35,753 nt of DNA. Source: Myxococcales bacterium (lineage in GTDB: Bacteria > Myxococcota_A > UBA9042). The position numbers were made by a program, and so were the translations under genes. Below are positions 31,772 through 35,753 of the stretch, in pieces (the first letter of the stretch is position 1; the number at the start of each line of letters is the position of its first letter). The stretch covers positions 1-35,753 of the forward strand of contig JBBISH010000063.1 of NCBI GenBank assembly GCA_037441385.1, written 5' to 3'. The notes under the pieces are model-generated. The model searched no databases, was not told the origin of the DNA, and worked only from the letters and a program-made list of their open reading frames with translations.

Positions 31772-34700
31772 CTACGGCAGGCCCTGCACCGGCACTAGCG
31801 CCGACTTGGCACCGGTCGTGTTGTCGCCCAGGCCGCCGTAGCTGTTGTAGCCTGCGCACTTGACGCCGCCGCCCGTCACGGCAAAGCAACTGGCCCAAGT
31901 CTGCAGCGCCGCTGCGCCCGCGCCGCTCAAGCCCGAGACCACTACGGGCAGGGTCTTGGTGGCGGTGGTCCCGTCGCCCAATTGGCCATACGAGTTCGAT
32001 CCCCAGCACTTGCCTGTGCCGTTGGTGGCGACTGCGCACGTGTGGTAGTTGCCAAGCGACAGCGAGATGGTCGCAGCGATGCCGCTGGTCGCAATGGGCA
32101 GGTTGCGCGAGGTGTACGAATTGTCGCCCAACTGGCCATTGCCGTTGGATCCCCAGCAGCGCGCTGTGCCGTCGGCCAGGATCGCGCAAGCGTGCTGGGC
32201 CATGCTGCCGGTGCCAAGTGCCGTGACGGTGGCGAGCTTGGCGGCGTTCATCGGCAGGTTGGTGGTGGTGTTGCCGTTGCCGACCTGCCCAAAACCGTTG
32301 TCGCCCCAACACTTGACCAGTCCCGTCTGCTTCAGGGCGCAGGTCGAGCTGTAGCTGGCTGCGATGTCGACCAAACCGCTCAAGTCGGGAACCACCACAG
32401 GGCCGGTGCGCGTCTGGTTGCTGGCGTCGCCCAGCTGGCCACTGCCGTTGTAGCCCCAGCAGCGCGCCGTGCCGTCGGTCAATACGGCGCAAGTGTGCCA
32501 ACGGCCGGCGGAAATCCGTGCGACGCCGCTCAAGCCCGCCACGGCCGCTGGCGCGTGGTAGACGCTGTCGGTGGCGATGCCCAGGCCCAACTGCCCGTAG
32601 CTGTGCGAGCCCCAGCACCACACCGTGCCATCTTTCAGCAGCGCGCAGGCATGGCCTTCGCCCGCGCTGACTTGGACGGCGTTGGCCACGGCACTGACCG
32701 GTGCGGCGGTCAGGCCATTGGTGGTGGTGCCCGTACCCAGTTGGCCTTTGCTGTTGTAACCCCAGCACTTGACCGTGCCGTCGCCGGCCACGGCGCAGGC
32801 AAAGTGGTTGCCGCCGGCCAGCGTGGTCGCGGCGACGCCGCAGAGCAAGGTGCCGCCGCAACCGTCGCTGATGGTGCCGCTTGTGACCCCTTGGGCCTGG
32901 CAGGTGGTGGGCGTGCAGCCGCACGAGTTCGATGTGCCGCCGCCGCCGCACGGGAAGTTGGACACGAGTTCGGCGGACAGGGCATTGATCGATGTCTCGT
33001 TGCCCAGTTGGCCGTTGTTGTTGTGGCCCCAGCAGCGCAGGGTGCCGTCCTTCAGCGCCGCGCACGAGTGGTACTGGCCAGTGCTGACCTGGTTGATATT
33101 TGTCAAGGTGGCGACGGCCGTGGGCAGGTTGTGGTTGGTGGTGGTCGTATCGCCCAACTGGCCGTAGGCGTTGTTGCCCCAGCACTTCGCTGTGCCGTCG
33201 CTCAGGCGGGCGCAAGTGTGCGAGTAGCCTGCTTGGATGCCAGTTGCACCCTTGAGGCTCACTACGCCGGTCGGCTGTGCTCGGTAGGTGGTGGTGCCCT
33301 CGCCCAACTGGCCATAGGTGTTGAGGCCCCAGCACTGCGCGGACCCGTCGCCCAGCACCGCACAGGCAAATTGCCCCAAGGCCGAGGTGGTCAGGGCCAC
33401 CACACCGGCCAGTGCCGGAACGTTGCGCGGCACCGGCGACGACACAATGCCGCTGCCGAGCTGGCCATAGTAGGCGTTGCCCCAGCACTTGACCTGGCCG
33501 CTTTGGGTCAACGCGCACGCGAAATTGTAGCCCGAGCGGACCGCGATCGCCCCGGCAATTCCGCTGACGGGCTGCGGTACTACGTGCGGGCTGGTGGTGC
33601 CGTCGCCCAACTGCCCGCTGCCGTTGTCGCCCCAGCATTTCACCGTCCCGTCGGCCAGGACGGCGCAGGTGTGTTGCTGGCCGGCGCTGACGCCGGTGGC
33701 GGTGGTGATGCCGCTGACCTCGACCGCATCGAAGTGGGGCGCCGAGTCGGCGGCCCCGCCAAAGCCCAACTGGCCGGAGTTGTGGCCGCCCCAGCAGCGG
33801 ATCTTGCCCGTGGCGAGTACTGCGCAAGCGTGCGTGTTGCCGGCCGAAATGCCGATAGCGTTGCCAATGCCGCCCACGGTGGCTGGGGGACCGTCTACCC
33901 ACGTGGACTGGTAGCGCACCCGCATGGTCCCGTCGCCCAACTGCCCCTTGTCGTTTTGGCCCCAGCAGCGCACCGTGCCGTCGCCGGGCAGGGCGCAGGT
34001 GAACGCGTTCCCGGTTGCCACCTTGGGCTGTTCCACGCCGCAGAGCAGGGTGCCGCCGCAGCCATCCGCAATCGTGCCGCTGGTGGCGTTTTGCGCTTGG
34101 CAGGTGGTGGGCACACAGCCCGAACAAGTGACGGCGGTGCCCACATCGCCGCAGGGCACGTTGACCGCGGCGACTGGGCTGAGCGAGTCGATGGTCGTCT
34201 CGTTGCCCAAAGCGCCGCTCGGGTTGTCGCCCCAACACGCGACGCTGCCGTCGGCGCGCAAGGCGCAACTGTGGTACTGGCCGCCGGCTATGTCGACGAC
34301 GCTGGTCAAGTTGGGCACCGCGGTCGGCGTGGGGTGGTTGGTAACGGTGCCGTCGCCCAACTGACCGTAGTAGTTGTAGCCCCAGCACTTGGCGGTGCCG
34401 TCGGCCAGCGCCGCGCAGGTGTGGACGTTGCCGGCGCCTAACTGCTTGATGTTTGTCAACCCGACCACCGCCGCGGGTGTCTTGGTGGGCGAGACGGTGT
34501 TGGTGCCCAACTGGCCGTTGCTGTTCAGGCCCCAGCACTGGGCCGTGCCCGCCTTTTCGGTCACGCAGGCAAAGTAGCCCAGCGACGCGACGGTCAAGCT
34601 GATCCCGGTGTTGAGATTCGACACCGGGCTGGGTGTGTTGTGCGCCGTCTGGGTGCCGTCACCCAGTTGCCCCCACGCGTTTCCGCCCCAGCACTGCACC

Positions 34701-35752
34701 GAGCCGCTGCCAAACAGGGCGCAGCTGAAGTCGTAGCCGGCGCCAATGCCCACGGCTGCATTCAGGTTTTGCACCGGCGTGGGCACGATTCGCTGCACAG
34801 AGGTGCCGTCGCCCAACTGGCCAGAGCCATTGTTGCCCCAGCACTTGCCGGTCCCGTCGGCCAACAGCGCGCAAGTGTGCGTGCGGCCTGCAGTCACCGC
34901 GACGGCGTTGCTGATGCCGCTGACCTTGCCCGGGAACGGATGGCCGCCGGTCGAGGCCGGGCTGCCGTCGCCCAACTGCCCGTAGACTTGGCTGCCCCAG
35001 CACTGGATGGTGCCATCGCCCAGCAGGGCGCAGGCGTGGGCGTCGCCCAGGGCCAACTGCTTGACGCCCTTGAGCCCAAGGACCAAGCCAGCTGTGCCGT
35101 CGGTGTTCGAGGCCTGCCACCGGTCGACATAGGTGCCGTCGCCCAACTGTCCCATGTTGTTCAGACCCCAGCACTGGACGGTGCCGCTGACCTGCAGCAC
35201 GCACGAGAACGCGTTGCCCGCGCGGATGCTGTTGGTGTTGCACGGGCCGCAGTCCAGGTCTTTGCCACAGCCGTCCGGCACGGTCCCGCAGGCCGAGCCG
35301 CAGGTCTTGGGCACGCAGCCGTTGCACTGGCCATTGACCAGGTTCTTGCCGGCTTCGCAGGCCGTGCACACGCTGGGGCTGGAGCATGCGGTGCACCCGG
35401 CCGGGCACACCAGCGTGCAGGTCTGGCCGTCGCCCGAGTAGCCGTTGGCGCACGCGCACGCAGACCCTCCGCCTGCCTGGGGCGTGCACACGGCGTTCTG
35501 GCCGCAGCCCGCGCCCGACTTGCAGGTGCCGCCCGCACAGACGTCGCCGCTGGTGCAGCCGTTGTTGTCGTCGCACGGTGCGGTGTTGTTGGCAAAAACG
35601 CAGCCTTTGGCGGGCTCGCAGCTGTCGTTGGTGCACGGGTTGCCGTCGTTGCAGGTGATGGCGCTGCCGGCCACGCAGGTGCCGCTGGCGCAGACGTCGC
35701 TGGCGGTGCAGGCGTTGCCGTCGTTGCAGGCGCCCCCAGCGGCTAGATTTTG
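31772..35752 (-). CDS. Giant extracellular protein with Cys-rich repeats, EGF-like module and three RCC1-like repeat blocks; 5'-partial
   Basis: The frame is open to the right edge (QNLAAGGACNDGNACT...). CGQNAVC...CACANGYSGDGQTC is EGF-like. About 21 'AG.xHTCAxLxDGTxxCWGxNxxGQLGDG' repeats fall in three blocks separated by CxPxTC...DGCGGTLLCG linkers. Confidence 0.95.
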   Translation of the reverse strand, partial: QNLAAGGACNDGNACTASDVCASGTCVAGSAITCNDGNPCTNDSCEPAKGCVFANNTAPCDDNNGCTSGDVCAGGTCKSGAGCGQNAVCTPQAGGGSACACANGYSGDGQTCTLVCPAGCTACSSPSVCTACEAGKNLVNGQCNGCVPKTCGSACGTVPDGCGKDLDCGPCNTNSIRAGNAFSCVLQVSGTVQCWGLNNMGQLGDGTYVDRWQASNTDGTAGLVLGLKGVKQLALGDAHACALLGDGTIQCWGSQVYGQLGDGSPASTGGHPFPGKVSGISNAVAVTAGRTHTCALLADGTGKCWGNNGSGQLGDGTSVQRIVPTPVQNLNAAVGIGAGYDFSCALFGSGSVQCWGGNAWGQLGDGTQTAHNTPSPVSNLNTGISLTVASLGYFACVTEKAGTAQCWGLNSNGQLGTNTVSPTKTPAAVVGLTNIKQLGAGNVHTCAALADGTAKCWGYNYYGQLGDGTVTNHPTPTAVPNLTSVVDIAGGQYHSCALRADGSVACWGDNPSGALGNETTIDSLSPVAAVNVPCGDVGTAVTCSGCVPTTCQAQNATSGTIADGCGGTLLCGVEQPKVATGNAFTCALPGDGTVRCWGQNDKGQLGDGTMRVRYQSTWVDGPPATVGGIGNAIGISAGNTHACAVLATGKIRCWGGHNSGQLGFGGAADSAPHFDAVEVSGITTATGVSAGQQHTCAVLADGTVKCWGDNGSGQLGDGTTSPHVVPQPVSGIAGAIAVRSGYNFACALTQSGQVKCWGNAYYGQLGSGIVSSPVPRNVPALAGVVALTTSALGQFACAVLGDGSAQCWGLNTYGQLGEGTTTYRAQPTGVVSLKGATGIQAGYSHTCARLSDGTAKCWGNNAYGQLGDTTTTNHNLPTAVATLTNINQVSTGQYHSCAALKDGTLRCWGHNNNGQLGNETSINALSAELVSNFPCGGGGTSNSCGCTPTTCQAQGVTSGTISDGCGGTLLCGVAATTLAGGNHFACAVAGDGTVKCWGYNSKGQLGTGTTTNGLTAAPVSAVANAVQVSAGEGHACALLKDGTVWCWGSHSYGQLGLGIATDSVYHAPAAVAGLSGVARISAGRWHTCAVLTDGTARCWGYNGSGQLGDASNQTRTGPVVVPDLSGLVDIAASYSSTCALKQTGLVKCWGDNGFGQVGNGNTTTNLPMNAAKLATVTALGTGSMAQHACAILADGTARCWGSNGNGQLGDNSYTSRNLPIATSGIAATISLSLGNYHTCAVATNGTGKCWGSNSYGQLGDGTTATKTLPVVVSGLSGAGAAALQTWASCFAVTGGGVKCAGYNSYGGLGDNTTGAKSALVPVQGLP

Positions 35753-35753
35753 G

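Overview
A GC-rich bacterial chromosomal window, most likely from a Myxococcota/'Deltaproteobacteria'-type organism. That is inferred from a MYXO-CTERM-like sorting tail, giant CDDGNxCT Cys-rich surface proteins and a Hanks-type kinase. It holds about 19 real genes; most other ORFs in the track are high-GC shadow frames. Both edges fall inside very large minus-strand Cys-rich proteins: a lipoprotein starting at 2803 that the ORF track misses, and a protein with three RCC1-like propellers. Between them lie an AT3 acyltransferase; a 3-gene secreted cluster (OmpA-domain protein, small exported protein, 908-aa metzincin-like protein); an orphan CzcA/CusA RND pump; a thioredoxin-TPR lipoprotein divergent from a membrane Ser/Thr kinase; an ASST-DUF1566-ASST lipoprotein operon followed by a MYXO-CTERM protein; a TetR + C45 Ntn-hydrolase unit with a clear promoter and operators; a degenerate GGDEF gene followed by a DTW protein fused to an apparently dead DnaQ-like domain; a secreted protein with tail-fibre-like repeats, a P-domain and a duplicated Cys-rich tip; YdeI; and a DUF1285-like gene. 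The intergenic DNA carries several families of small inverted-repeat elements, some nested and some recurring, with no transposase in the window. No rRNA, tRNA, CRISPR array, integrase or reverse transcriptase was seen. All domain calls are by-eye motif recognition, not database hits.
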